From Ranitomeya imitator (lineage: Eukaryota), in assembly GCF_032444005.1 (NCBI RefSeq), contig NC_091286.1, forward strand, positions 278,132,001 to 278,196,000: DNA of 64,000 nt. The letters run 5' to 3'. Of the stretch, positions 12,425 to 25,729 are shown piece after piece. Below the pieces are notes generated by a model. The model was not told the origin of the DNA. It made no database searches and was given only the letters and a program-made list of their open reading frames with translations. The position numbers and the translations under genes were made by a program. The number at the start of each line of letters is the position of its first letter. Position 1 is the stretch's first letter.

Positions 12425-13510
12425 GCATAGCCACATAGCATATAACACAGCCCACGTAGCACATAACACAGCCCATGTAGCATATAGCATAGCTACGTAG
12501 TGTATAACACAGCCCACGCAGTATATAACACAGCCCACATAGCGTATAGCACAGCCACGTAGTATATAACACAGCCACGTAGTATATTGCACAGCCCACA
12601 TAGCATATAACACAGCCACGTAGTATATAACACAGCCATGTAGTATATTGCACAGCCCACGTAGCATATTGCCCAGCCACGTAGTATATTGCCCAGCCAC
12701 GTAGTGTATTGCCCAGCCACGTAGTATATTGCCCAGCCACGTAGTATATTGCCCAGTCACGTAGTATATTGCCCAGCCACGTAGTATATTGCCCAGTGAT
12801 GTAGTATATTGCCCAGTGACGGAGTATACAGCACAGAGTCACATAGTATACAGACTTAAAATAAAAAATAAACATATACTCACCCTCCGATGAAGTTCTG
12901 GCCCTGTACCACACGAGGCAGCTTCCGGTCCCAGGGTTGGTATGAGCGCAGGACCCGTGATGACGTTGTGGTCACATGACCGTGACGTCATGGCAGGTCC
13001 TTCTCACGTACCATCCTTGGCACCGGAAGCTGCCACTTGCATGGAGCGGGCACTGGAGCGTGGCGAGGAGCGGGAAAGGCGATGGAGGGTGAGTATAGCA
13101 GGTTTTTTGTTTTTTTATTATTTTTAACATGACATATTTTTACTATTGATGCTGCATAGGCAGCATCAATAGTAAATAGTTGGGGACACACAGGGTTAAT
13201 AGCAGCGGTAACGGAGTGCGTTACACTGCGGCCCGTTACTGCTGCTATTAACACTGTGTGAGTGGTGACTGGAGGGGATTATGGAGCGGGCACTGATTGT
13301 GGGGAGGAAGGAGCGGGTGCCGGGCACTGACTGCAGCGGAGGGACGATTCGGACTGTGCCCGTCGCTGATTGATCGCGGCAGCCATGACAGGCAGCTGCC
13401 GAGACCAATCAGCGACGACAGACAGAGGCTGCGACCAATGAATATCCGTGAAAGAAAGAAAGACAGAAGGACAGACAGAAAGACGGAGGTGTGACCCTTA
13501 GACAATGATG

Positions 13511-13560
<50 letters not shown>
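12425..13560 (-). mobile_element. Probable non-autonomous Helitron fragment carrying the 20-bp minisatellite
   Basis: Inverted copy of the 5642-7608 repeat at 12425-12845. The minus-strand start resembles the TATATAATTG-type 5' end of the Helitron at 40940. No 3' CTAG end seen. Confidence 0.45.
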
Positions 13561-13569
<9 letters not shown>

Positions 13570-14386
13570 CTTCTCACCTGTGTCTTGCCTCTCTCTCTGT
13601 TGTGTTTTCTGTCTCTCACATCTTTTCTGTCTTCCGCTGATTTTTATATTTCCTTCTGCCTCTTCTTCCTGCTTGTCCGTGGCTCCGCCCCAGACAGTTA
13701 GCCCCGCCCCTCCATGGCTCTTCACAGTGTGAGAGCTGTGACGCTGCTGGAGGGGAGGGATCGGATGCTTCTGACTGCAGGTGCGGGGGTGAGTCACAGC
13801 GTGTGTGACTGTGTGCCCCTGCTACACTGCAGCCAGCAACTCTGCACAGCCGCGCGCACTGCCAGCACTCTGCTCTAGTCCTCACTATGCAGAGAGGAAG
13901 GAGCAGAGAATGAGTGCGCGCAGCCGCGCTGATATCCGCCCCCCGCATTGTGCCGCCCGGGGCGTCCCGCGTCCCCATACCCCCGCGGCCCCCTTTCTAC
14001 GCAACTGATTGTACCGTATGCAATCCGTTTTTTCTGCGCCTCTCATACGTCCGTAAAACTCACTAGTGTGACGCCGGCCTAATTCCTGTGAAGCAACTGA
14101 AGTGTTAATAAACTTCTTGGATATGGTTTTGATCAGCTTTAGGGGTGCAGTTTTTAGAATGGTGTCACTTTCAGGTATTTTCTGCCATATAGACCCCTCA
14201 AAGTCACTTCAAATGTGAAAATGTAATGTGGTCCTTAAATAAAATGGCTTTGTTAATTTTGTTGTAAAAATGAAAAAAACCGCTGATCAACTTTGAACCT
14301 TTCTAACTTCCTAACAAAAAAATGATGTTTAAAAATTGTGATGATGTAAAGTAGACATGTGGGAAATGTTATTTGTTAACTAGATT

Positions 14387-14430
14387 GGGTTGAACTAGAT
14401 GGTCTTCCTTCAACCTTAATAACTATGTTA
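14387..14430 (+). mobile_element. Short CR1 3' tail
   Basis: GGGTTGAACTAGATGG...AACTATGTTA resembles the CR1 3' end at 9560-9631. Confidence 0.5.
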
Positions 14431-15869
14431 CTGACTATTTTGTGTAACATGACTGACTTAAGGGTATACAAATTAAAAGTTTTAAAATTGCAAAATGTTT
14501 GCAAATTTTCTGATTTTTTCACAAATAAATGCATCATATCGAATAAATGTTACCTCTATCATGAAGTACAATATGTCATGAAAAATCATTCTCAAATTCA
14601 GTGGGATCCCTTGAAGCTTTGCAGAGGTATCACCACATGAATTCAAACTGGTCAGAATTGTAAAATTTGGCCAGGTCATGAAGGTGGAAACAGTCTTGGG
14701 GAGTGAAGGGGTTAAGATGCATTTACCCTGGCTGACCACAGCTGATAAAGAGGTTTTTCACTCCAAAGGAAACTTTCAGCTAGCAGTACAGCTTACGTAA
14801 TAAGGGCAGTTTGACATGTCCAGATATTTCCGGTACCGGAGATATCCGTGTCCGTGTGTCCGTGTGCTCACGTGGTACATCCATGTGGCACACGTGTGGC
14901 AGCCGTGTGCCGCCCGTGTGCTGCATCAGGACCACACAGATGGCTGCCGGGAAGCAGCGCTACAGTAAGCGCTGTTCCCCTGCGTGTGGTGCTGAAGCCG
15001 GCTGTCATCCACTCTCTCCTGCTCGGCCGAAAGCAGTGCGAGCAGGGGAGAAGGGATGAAATAAAACCCGACGTGCGGTTCCCCCTATATTTTCCAACCA
15101 ACTGCGCAAAACTTACAGGTGGGGGCTGCTAATTCTCAGGCTGGTAAGGGGCCACGGATATAGGCCCCCCAGCCTTAAAAAAGCAGCCCGTAGCAGCCCA
15201 GAAAAGGTGCATCTATTAGATGCACCAATTCTGGAGCTTTGCCCGATTCTTCCCACTGCCCTGTGTCATTGGCATATGGGGTAATAAGTGTTAATGTCAC
15301 CTTGCTATTGTAAGGTGACATTAAGCCAGCTTAGTAATGGAGAGGTGTCAATAAGACACCTATCCATTACAAATCCCACAGTTGTGAAAGAGTTAATAAA
15401 ACACACACACACTAAGAAAAAGGTATTTTAATTAAATAATGAAACACGCAGGTTTTTAACTTCTTTATTGTACGCTCAATCCAAGCGAAGTCCTCGTTCT
15501 CCTGTAAAAAATTCCAAAATAAAAAAGCAAAAATATCCCATACCTGTAAGCTGTACAGTCAAGTCCCACGCTGTAAATCCATCTCAAGGGGTTAAATAGT
15601 TTACAGCCATGAGCACTGAAAATGCGTCCGCTCCCAGCTGTTAAAGACGGGGAATGAATGAAATGCAGGGGGGCGGAGCTTCGGTGACTAGAAGTGCCAT
15701 CACCAAAGCTGCACTCCCTGGGGGCATGAACTCATATGAACTCTGTAGCTTGGGAAAGTTTCTGACTATTTTCCCACACTACAGAGTTCATATGAGTTTT
15801 TAGAAATCTCATTCACTTTTCTGTTATTATCAAACATATAGCGTTTTGGGGATCATGGAACGTTTCATT

Positions 15870-18800
15870 ATATGTTCGTCCCTCCAGTTGAAAGAAATTA
15901 AATATTTTCCTGGAGAGAAATTTATAGTCTACATTATGTCAATTCAGTTTTGTCTGTCAATGCTAAAATGCAGTTTACAAATTTTATCTAACCCCTCCAT
16001 GACCCCAGCTTGTTTCAGTTTTGCGTTTTCATTTTTCGCTCTCCTCTTTCCCAGAGCCATAACATTTTCAGTTTTTTTGTCAATATGGCAATGTGAGGGC
16101 TTATTTTTTGCGGGACAAGTTGTACTTTTGAACGACACCATTGGTTTTAGCATGACATGTACTAGAAAACAGGAAAAAAATTCCAAGTGCTTTGAAATGG
16201 AAAAAAAAGTGCAATCCCACACTGGTTTTTTGTTTGGCTTTTTTGCTAGGTTCACTAAATGCTAAAACTGACCTGCCATTATGATTCTCCAGGTCAGTAC
16301 GAGTTCATAGACACCAAACATGTTTAGGTTATTTTTTATCTAAGTTGGTAAAACAAATTCTAAACTTTGCTTAAAAAAAAAAAGTTGCGCAATTTACGCT
16401 ACTCGTAGCGTCTCCATGTTTCGTGATCTTGGGTTGGGTGAGGGCTTATTTTTCGCGGGCTGAAGGAGGAACACATGGGCTACTTGCACAGTGAACAAGT
16501 CTGTAAGAACATGTTCACACACCACCAAGAAACCTGAAGACACAAAAGAGAATGGTAAAACCAAAAACACTCAGTTTGAAAAAATGTTTGCAGTAATCTG
16601 CAAGTGCTAGTAAAAGATGTAAATAACAGGGTATTTGGTTGATACGTTTTTTGCAAAAAATGTATACTAAGCTGCTCTACCAATCTTCACGGTATACCCA
16701 TATCAGAGCAGTCCTAACTAATGTATGCAATCCCTATCTGATGTATTTAAAAACCTGATCATCTGTATATTACCTGTGTGAACAGGGTTCAGAGAGGAAA
16801 AATCCATGTGTGCATACAGGGCAGAACAGCTTTTGTGCAGCTAGCCCAAGAGGAGTGGTGGAACTCCCCAGTCTTGTAGACACAAGAGAACAATCATGGA
16901 AACAGGAACACATGGGCTACTTGCACAGTGAACAAGTCTGTAAGAACATGTTCACACACCACCAAGAAACCTGAAGACACAAAAGAGAATGGTAAAACCA
17001 AAAACACTCAGTTTGAAAAAATGTTTGCAGTAATCTGCAAGTGCTAGTAAAAGATGTAAATAACAGGGTATTTGGTTGATACGTTTTTTGCAAAAAATGT
17101 ATACTAAGCTGCTCTACCAATCTTCACGGTATACCCATATCAGAGCAGTCCTAACTAATGTATGCAATCCCTATCTGATGTATTTAAAAACCTGATCATC
17201 TGTATATTACCTGTGTGAACAGGGTTCAGAGAGGAAAAATCCATGTGTGCATACAGGGCAGAACAGCTTTTGTGCAGCTAGCCCAAGAGGAGTGGTGGAA
17301 CTCCCCAGTCTTGTAGACACAAGAGAACAATCATGGAAACAGGAACACATGGGCTACTTGCACAGTGAACAAGTCTGTAAGAACATGTTCACACACCACC
17401 AAGAAACCTGAAGACACAAAAGAGAATGGTAAAACCAAAAACACTCAGTTTGAAAAAATGTTTGCAGTAATCTGCAAGTGCTAGTAAAAGATGTAAATAA
17501 CAGGGTATTTGGTTGATACGTTTTTTGCAAAAAATGTATACTAAGCTGCTCTACCAATCTTCACGGTATACCCATATCAGAGCAGTCCTAACTAATGTAT
17601 GCAATCCCTATCTGATGTATTTAAAAACCTGATCATCTGTATATTACCTGTGTGAACAGGGTTCAGAGAGGAAAAATCCATGTGTGCATACAGGGCAGAA
17701 CAGCTTTTGTGCAGCTAGCCCAAGAGGAGTGGTGGAACTCCCCAGTCTTGTAGACACAAGAGAACAATCATGGAAACAGGAACACATGGGCTACTTGCAC
17801 AGTGAACAAGTCTGTAAGAACATGTTCACACACCACCAAGAAACCTGAAGACACAAAAGAGAATGGTAAAACCAAAAACACTCAGTTTGAAAAAATGTTT
17901 GCAGTAATCTGCAAGTGCTAGTAAAAGATGTAAATAACAGGGTATTTGGTTGATACGTTTTTTGCAAAAAATGTATACTAAGCTGCTCTACCAATCTTCA
18001 CGGTATACCCATATCAGAGCAGTCCTAACTAATGTATGCAATCCCTATCTGATGTATTTAAAAACCTGATCATCTGTATATTACCTGTGTGAACAGGGTT
18101 CAGAGAGGAAAAATCCATGTGTGCATACAGGGCAGAACAGCTTTTGTGCAGCTAGCCCAAGAGGAGTGGTGGAACTCCCCAGTCTTGTAGACACAAGAGA
18201 ACAATCATGGAAACAGGAACACATGGGCTACTTGCACAGTGAACAAGTCTGTAAGAACATGTTCACACACCACCAAGAAACCTGAAGACACAAAAGAGAA
18301 TGGTAAAACCAAAAACACTCAGTTTGAAAAAATGTTTGCAGTAATCTGCAAGTGCTAGTAAAAGATGTAAATAACAGGGTATTTGGTTGATACGTTTTTT
18401 GCAAAAAATGTATACTAAGCTGCTCTACCAATCTTCACGGTATACCCATATCAGAGCAGTCCTAACTAATGTATGCAATCCCTATCTGATGTATTTAAAA
18501 ACCTGATCATCTGTATATTACCTGTGTGAACAGGGTTCAGAGAGGAAAAATCCATGTGTGCATACAGGGCAGAACAGCTTTTGTGCAGCTAGCCCAAGAG
18601 GAGTGGTGGAACTCCCCAGTCTTGTAGACACAAGAGAACAATCATGGAAACAGGAACACATGGGCTACTTGCACAGATTACTGCAAACATTTTTTCAAAC
18701 TGAGTGTTTTTGGTTTTACCATTCTCTTTTGTGTCTTCAGGTTTCTTGGTGGTGTGTGAACATGTTCTTACAGACTTGTTCACTGTGCAAGTAGCCCATG

Positions 18801-20357
18801 TGTTCCTGTTTCCATGATTGTTCTCTTGTGTCTACAAGACTGGGGAGTTCCACCACTCCTCTTGGGCTAGCTGCACAAAAGCTGTTCTGCCCTGTATGCA
18901 CACATGGATTTTTCCTCTCTGAACCCTGTTCACACAGGTAATATACAGATGATCAGGTTTTTAAATACATCAGATAGGGATTGCATACATTAGTTAGGAC
19001 TGCTCTGATATGGGTATACCGTGAAGATTGGTAGAGCAGCTTAGTATACATTTTTTGCAAAAAACGTATCAACCAAATACCCTGTTATTTACATCTTTTA
19101 CTAGCACTTGCAGATTACTGCAAACATTTTTTCAAACTGAGTGTTTTTGGTTTTACCATTCTCTTTTGTGTCTTCAGGTTTCTTGGTGGTGTGTGAACAT
19201 GTTCTTACAGACTTGTTCACTGTGCAAGTAGCCCATGTGTTCCTGTTTCCATGATTGTTCTCTTGTGTCTACAAGACTGGGGAGTTCCACCACTCCTCTT
19301 GGGCTAGCTGCACAAAAGCTGTTCTGCCCTGTATGCACACATGGATTTTTCCTCTCTGAACCCTGTTCACACAGGTAATATACAGATGATCAGGTTTTTA
19401 AATACATCAGATAGGGATTGCATACATTAGTTAGGACTGCTCTGATATGGGTATACCGTGAAGATTGGTAGAGCAGCTTAGTATACATTTTTTGCAAAAA
19501 ACGTATCAACCAAATACCCTGTTATTTACATCTTTTACTAGCACTTGCAGATTACTGCAAACATTTTTTCAAACTGAGTGTTTTTGGTTTTACCATTCTC
19601 TTTTGTGTCTTCATTTTTCGCGGGCTGAGCTGACGTTTTTAATGATACCATATTGGTGCAAATACGTTCTTTTGATCGCCCTTTATTGCATTTTAATTCA
19701 ATGTCGCTGCAACCAAAATAACGTAATTCTAGTGTTCAGAATGTTTTTCTTGCTACGCCGTTTAGCGATCAGGTTAATCCTTTTTTATTGATAGATCGGG
19801 CAATTCTGAATGCGGCGATTCCAAATGTGTGCATATTTTACTTTTTTTATTGTTTTATCTTGAATGGGGCAAAAGGGGGGTGACTTAAACTTTTATATAA
19901 TTTTTTTTCATATTTTTTTAAAACCTTTTTTTTACTTTTTCCATGCTTCAATATCCTCCATGGGAGTCTAGAAGCTGGAATAGCCTTATCGGCTCTGTTA
20001 CATGCTCAGATCGCTCCTATGTAGTAGATTTACTGCATTGCTATGAGCGCCGAACACAGGGTGGTGCTCACAGCAAGCCGACATCAACAACCATCGAGGT
20101 CTTCAATAAACCATTGGTTGTCATACCGACGCATCGCTGACCCCTGATCACGTGACGTGGTCGGCAATACGCGCATTTCCGGCCTGATGGCCGGGAGTGC
20201 TAGTTAAATGCCGCTGTCAGCGTTTGACAGCGGTATTTAACTAGTTAATAGCAGCGGGTGGATAGCGATTCCACCCGCCGCTATTACACCGCTGAAGCCC
20301 GCATCAAAGCAGGGGTTCTGACCTCGAACGTACTATCCCTCCGAGGTCACAAGGGGG
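15870..20357 (-). mobile_element. piggyBac-like non-autonomous element (host of the 437-bp concatemer)
   Basis: Ends ...AGGGGG|TTAA; internal sequence is the reverse complement of segments of the 26994-30902 element; left boundary approximate. Confidence 0.55.
16464..19612. repeat. Concatemer of 437-bp monomers with internal inversion, flanked by 16-bp TSD
   Basis: Unit starts at 16467, 16904, 17341, 17778, 18215, 18652; orientation flips at 18676/18677; ATTTTTCGCGGGCTGA at 16448-16463 and 19613-19628. Confidence 0.95.
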
Positions 20358-21899
20358 TTAAAAAATGTGACATATACACAAATCAGCCATAACCCACAAG
20401 TGCAGGAAAATACTTCACTTTCACCATGTGCTTGGGTGGGCCTGTGTGCTCTGTAATGCCAGGGCTGAGTTTCAGCTCCAGTCTGGCCCTGGTTGTCACC
20501 AAGCCTTTTAACAAATTATCCCTATTTTGAGAGTTGTTTCTTGAGGGTACAAAAACAGGAGAGTACATTTCCTAGCATCAGTAGCACTTTTCAATAAAAC
20601 ACAGCGGGCCTTCAGGTACGACTGAACTCGGCCGGTCGGGTGGTGCAACTCTGTTTGCTTAAGTGCACCCGGTTTTGCACTGGCAGATAAACCATCTGAT
20701 CAATTATGTTATATATATTGTAATTGGTGCTTCTGCTATCTTGGTTATTTGTCACATTGTTAATTTTTTTAAAGAAAATGTCATTTAAGATATTGAAACT
20801 ATTTTGGCTTAATAATTTCAAACAATTTAGCCCTTTCTTAACTCCTCTGTGCAGTGGCTGCACATGTGGAGAAGTGTTCACTCTACAGGTAGAGCATATT
20901 GGTCACTTGGTCATGCAAGCGGATGACAACCTTTCACTTTGCAAAAAGGAACACAGATTTTTCTGCTAATATACTAATGCCACTGCCCCAAAATTTGCTG
21001 AACAATTTTTGAAAAAAATGATAATTTTAATAAAAGAGACTTTTAGTTTGATGACCGATTACAATGGTAATGGTGGGGTTTCTGTTGCTGCTAGCAGCTC
21101 TCACATTCTTAGTCGTGGTATGCGTTCTTTTTCTTTCATACTGCCTCATTTATTGCCATTGACACTTTTTATTTTGTCATACATTTAGTGCATTTTTTAA
21201 CAATCTTTTCAGCCCTCATTTTGCAACCTTGCCAAAAAGGACCTAGCAAGATATGCTTAGTAAGCAGATACACATACGGAAAGCTAAATCTGGCCACAGG
21301 TCACAGTATAGTTGTAGCATATATTGTTGTCAAATTAAAGGGAACCTGTCACCCCGATTTTTCAAGAAGAGCTAAAAATAGCGTTAAATAGGGGCAGAGC
21401 TGTGCTTTACATTAGTGTATTTTGGAGCCTTTATTCCCCACCTATGCTGCCGAAATACCTTTGTAAAGTCGCCGTTTTGGGCTGTCACTCACGCTGGTCA
21501 GGTCATATGGGCGTGGTGACAGCGCTGTTTCTCCCCCAGATCTCCGTTGGTGGCGTAGTGGTGTGCGCATGTCCAAGTGGCGAATCCACTGCGCAGCTTC
21601 AAAGAAAATAGCGCTACCTGCGCTATTTAGCCGTTTATCGGTGGGCGCAGCCATCTTTGTGTAGCCACGCGTGCGCAGATGGTTCTTCTCGGCTTCCCGG
21701 GGCTTCAGGAAAATGGCCGCGAGATGCCGCCCTCTGCTGGCTGTTCCTAGATCGTGAGAACTATCCTAGAAAGCTCCCAGGCTCGAGTTCATATGAGGAC
21801 AACCAGCATAGGGCGCCTCACCGCAAATGCAGGTAAATATAGGTCAATGACCTACTTTACCTACATTCTCCGGGGTTTTGCAGACATGAGCAGCTGCAT

Positions 21900-22703
21900 T
21901 AGCGGAGCTCGTGGCTGCAAAATATTTTAACCCCTTCAGATGGATTTACATCGTTGGACGTGACAGATCCTCGGAAGGTATGTATATTGTTGGTTTATTA
22001 TTTTTTTTTTATTTACAGATCGAGGGTCTTCAGTGAGTGGATTGAGAGTAGAATAAATTAATGCAACAACCTTTGTGATTTTTTTCATTAAATTAATTTT
22101 TAATAATGTGTTTGTGTATTTTTTAACCCTTTACTAGTATTGTATTAATAATGGATAGGTGTCATAATTGACGCCTCTCCATTATTAATTTGGCTTAATG
22201 TCACCTTACAATAGCAAGGTGGCATTATCCCTTCATTACCCCATATCCCACCGCTACACGGGAATGGGAAGAGAGTGGCCAAGTGCCAGAATAGGCGCAT
22301 CTTCCAGATGTGCCTTTTCTGGGGTGGCTGGGGGCAGGTGTTTTTAGCCAGGCTGGGCCAATAACCGTGGACCCACTCCAGGCTATTAAGATCTGCCCTC
22401 AGTCACTGGCTTTACTACTCTGGCGGAGAAAATTGTGCGGGAGCCCACGCCAATTTTTTCCGCCATTTAACTCTTTAATTTACTAGCTAGAACGGCCAAA
22501 TTTTGCATAGACACACTACTAACATTAGTAGTGTGGAATATGCAAAAAAAATGGTGATATGAGATGGTTTATTGTATGTAAACCATGTCTCATATCATGT
22601 CGGGTTTAGGAAGGAGAAAGCAAAAGCCGGTAATTGAATTACCGGCTTTCTGCTATATCGCGCTGGATGAAATAATAATATATATACATATATGTGTCTA
22701 CTG

Positions 22704-22761
<58 letters not shown>

Positions 22762-23005
22762 TATATATGGGTTTTTTTTTTTTACACATGGATCCCTTTT
22801 ATAGCTGTATGTCGATTATGCAAGCCTGCGAGAAAAACACGCAGTACGGATGACATACGGATTACATACGGAGGATGCCATGCGCAAAAAACGCTGAAAC
22901 ACCCTGCCTACGGAGGAGCTATGGACCACTATTTTCGGGACTTTTCAGCGTATTACGACCGTAATATACAGACCGTATTTTCATACGCTGTGTGTGATGC
23001 CGGCC
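21900..23005 (-). mobile_element. Second copy of the Harbinger-like non-autonomous element
   Basis: Terminus ...GTGTGATGCCGGCC at about 23005; same (TA)n tract and internal inverted repeat as 10540-11200. Confidence 0.55.
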
Positions 23006-23007
23006 TC

Positions 23008-23403
23008 AGGCTGTGTGCACACGTTGCTGATTTTTCGGGATAAAGACGCTATAAAACCGCAAAAAAACAGCATACAATAAGCATCCCATCATTTAAAATG
23101 AATTGCGCATGTTTTGTACACATGATGCGTTTTTTTTCCATGATAAAAACGCATCGCGGTAAAAAACGCAGCATGTTCATTAATTCTGCGGGTTTTTTTG
23201 CGGACTTCCCACTATAAAATGCACTGGGAAATGTCCGGAAAAAAACGCAACAAAAAGCAATCAAAAACACACCAAAAACGCACCAAAAATGCATAAAAAA
23301 CGCTGCAAAAACTCGCAAAAAACGCATGCAGATTTCTTGCAGAAAATTTCAGGTTTTTCTCAGGAATTTTCTGCTAGAAATCCTGAACGTGTGCACATAG
23401 CCT
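23008..23403. mobile_element. MITE
   Basis: TIR AGGCTGTGTGCACACGTT / AACGTGTGCACATAGCCT. Confidence 0.7.
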
Positions 23404-23870
23404 TAATGTGAGATGGTCACTAAAAACATTTTGTTGTAAAAATGAGAAATCGCAGGTCAACTTTTAACCCTTATAACTTCCCAATAAAAAAAAATTGTTT
23501 CTAAAATTGTGCTGATGTAAAATAGACATGTGTGAAATGTTATTGATTAACTATATTGTGTGACATATCTCTCTGATTTAAGGGCATAAAAACTCAAATT
23601 TTGAAAATTGCTAAATTTTAAAAATTTTCACCATATTTCCATTTTTTTTTCATAAATAATCGCAAGTAATATCGAAGAAATGTTACCACTAACATGAAGT
23701 ACAATATGTCATGAAAAAGCAACCTCAGAATCAGCGGGATCCGGTAAAGCGTTCCAGAGTTATAACCTCATAAAGTGACAGTGGTCAGAATGGTAAAAAT
23801 TATCTTGGTCATTAAGTATCAAATTGGCTCTGTCACTAAGGGGTTAAAACATGTATTCAAAATCAAGCAT

Positions 23871-24058
23871 AGGCTACAGTCACACGTTCAGTATTTGGTC
23901 AGTATTTTACATCAGTATTTGTAAGCCAAACCCAGAAGTGGGTGATAATAGAGAAGTGGTGACGTGTTTCTGTTATACATTTCCTCTGATTGTTCCACTC
24001 TTGGTTTTGGCTTACAAATACTGATGTAAAATACTGATCAAATAGTGTGACCTTAGCC
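23871..24058. mobile_element. Palindromic MITE
   Basis: Long inverted arms CAGTATTTTACATCAGTATTTGTAAGCCAAA / TTTGGCTTACAAATACTGATGTAAAATACTG. Confidence 0.65.
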
Positions 24059-24759
24059 ATATGGTCATGGCCAAAAGTGTTGGCACCCTCGAAATCATAC
24101 CAGAAAATGAAGTGTTTCTCCAAGAAAATTATTGGAATGACACGTTTTGTTATGCACATGTTTATTTCCTTTGTGGATTAATAACTTTGTTTCAAGCATG
24201 TGATGCTCATTCAAATTCACTAGTGGCAAGTAACAGGTGTGGGCAATATGAAAATCACACCTGAAACAAGATAAAAAGTAGAAAAGTTGAATCAATGTTT
24301 GCATTTTGTGTCTGTGTGTACCACACTAAGCATGGAGTACAAAAAGAGAACAATACTAAAACCATTTAAATAGTTCCAGAAAATGAAATACTTTCCCCAG
24401 AAAACTATTGCAATTATACATATTTTGTTAGATACATTTATTTCCTTTGTATATTATTATTATTTATTATTATAGCGCCATTTATTCCATGGCGCTTTAC
24501 ATGTGAGGATGGGTATACATAATAAAAACAAGTACAATAAACTTCAACAATACAAGTCACAACTGGTACAGGAGAGAGGACCCTGCCCGTGGGGGTTCAC
24601 AATGAACAATGATCTATAATATAACGTTGGGAGCGTCACTGTGTCCGAAGCCTTTATAGACTGCGCAGGCGCGACGCTCCTAGCGTTACATTACAGCCAG
24701 TGTCAGAAAAAAAAATGGCGCCGGAAAGCGCCGACTGCAGGGAGCAGGGGGACATTTAT

Positions 24760-25505
24760 GAACCGTAACCCGGACGTGGGGACACGGTGGACATGATCCC
24801 GCCCTAATGATGCTGTGGCAGTTCATGCCACAGCAATTTCTTACTTACGCCACCTGATTCCGGCCCATGAATGTCCCCTTGCTCCCGGAATCAGTGCCTG
24901 TGCAGTCCGCGCTTTCCGGCGCCATTTTCTTGGATACTGTAGTGCGTCTTCAAGAAAATGGTGCCGGAAAGCGCGGACTGCGCAGGCGCTGATTCCGGGA
25001 GCAGGGGGGTATTTAGGAGCCAGAAACAGGGGGCGTGGGCACACGATCCCGCCCTCATGACGCTGTGGCACTTCATGCCACAGCTATTTCTTACTAAGGC
25101 CCCCTGATTCCGGGCCATGAATATCCCCCTGCTCCCGGAATCGCCGCTTGTGCAGTCCGCGCTTTCCGGCGCCATTTTCTTGGATACTGCAGTGTGTCTT
25201 CAAGAAAATGGCGCCGGAAAGCGCGGACTGCGCAGGCGCCGATTCAGGGAGCAGGGGGGTATTTAGGAGCCGGAAACAGGGAGCGTGTGCACACGATCCC
25301 GCCCTCATGACGCTGTGGCACTTCATGCCACAGCTATTTCTTACTTAGGCCCCCTAATTCCGGGCCATGAATGTCCCCCTGCTCCTGGAATCGGCGCCTG
25401 CGCAGTCCGCACTTTCCGGCGCCATTTTCTTGGATACTGCAGTGTGTCTTCAAGAAAATGGCGCCGGAAAGCGCGGACTGCGCAGGCACCGATTCCGGGA
25501 GCAGC
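24760..25505. repeat. 250-bp tandem repeat, each unit holding a CpG-rich palindrome
   Basis: GCCATTTTCTTGGATACTG recurs at 24921, 25171, 25421. Confidence 0.9.
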
Positions 25506-25729
25506 AGTCCGCAAGCCAGAGGACTTGGAAGATGGAGCGGCACGCAGCGCTGGAACGGGACAGGTGAATATAGCAAGTGTCGGGGTCCTGAGCTAGCGGC
25601 GACTCCGGCACCTGACCCCCACAGCACGCCAGTGTCCCCGCCTGCTCAGGCCCCCCAGCACTCGGCGCGCAGCGACGATAGGTGACTATGTTATTTTTTT
25701 TATATATATCGCAGCAGCATACGGGACAT

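Larger units (their letters stand above)
7681..14079. mobile_element. Harbinger/PIF-like non-autonomous DNA element acting as host for nested insertions
   Basis: 17-bp imperfect TIR GGCCGGTGTCATACTAG / CTAGTGTGACGCCGGCC, TAA on both sides; a related copy lies inverted at about 21900-23005. Pairing of the two ends is uncertain (gap inside, only 3-bp TSD). Confidence 0.5.

Noticed and set aside
19164-19380. Splice acceptor (TCTTCAG) and donor (CAG|GTAATA) in each 437-bp unit suggesting a 197-nt repeated exon
   Set aside because: All three frames contain stops and such signals arise readily in T-rich DNA; noted only as a weak hint of transcript polarity.
16480-19791. Repeated 67-aa ORF VEQLSIHF...
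   Set aside because: No ATG start, no recognisable domain; simply repeats with the 437-bp unit.
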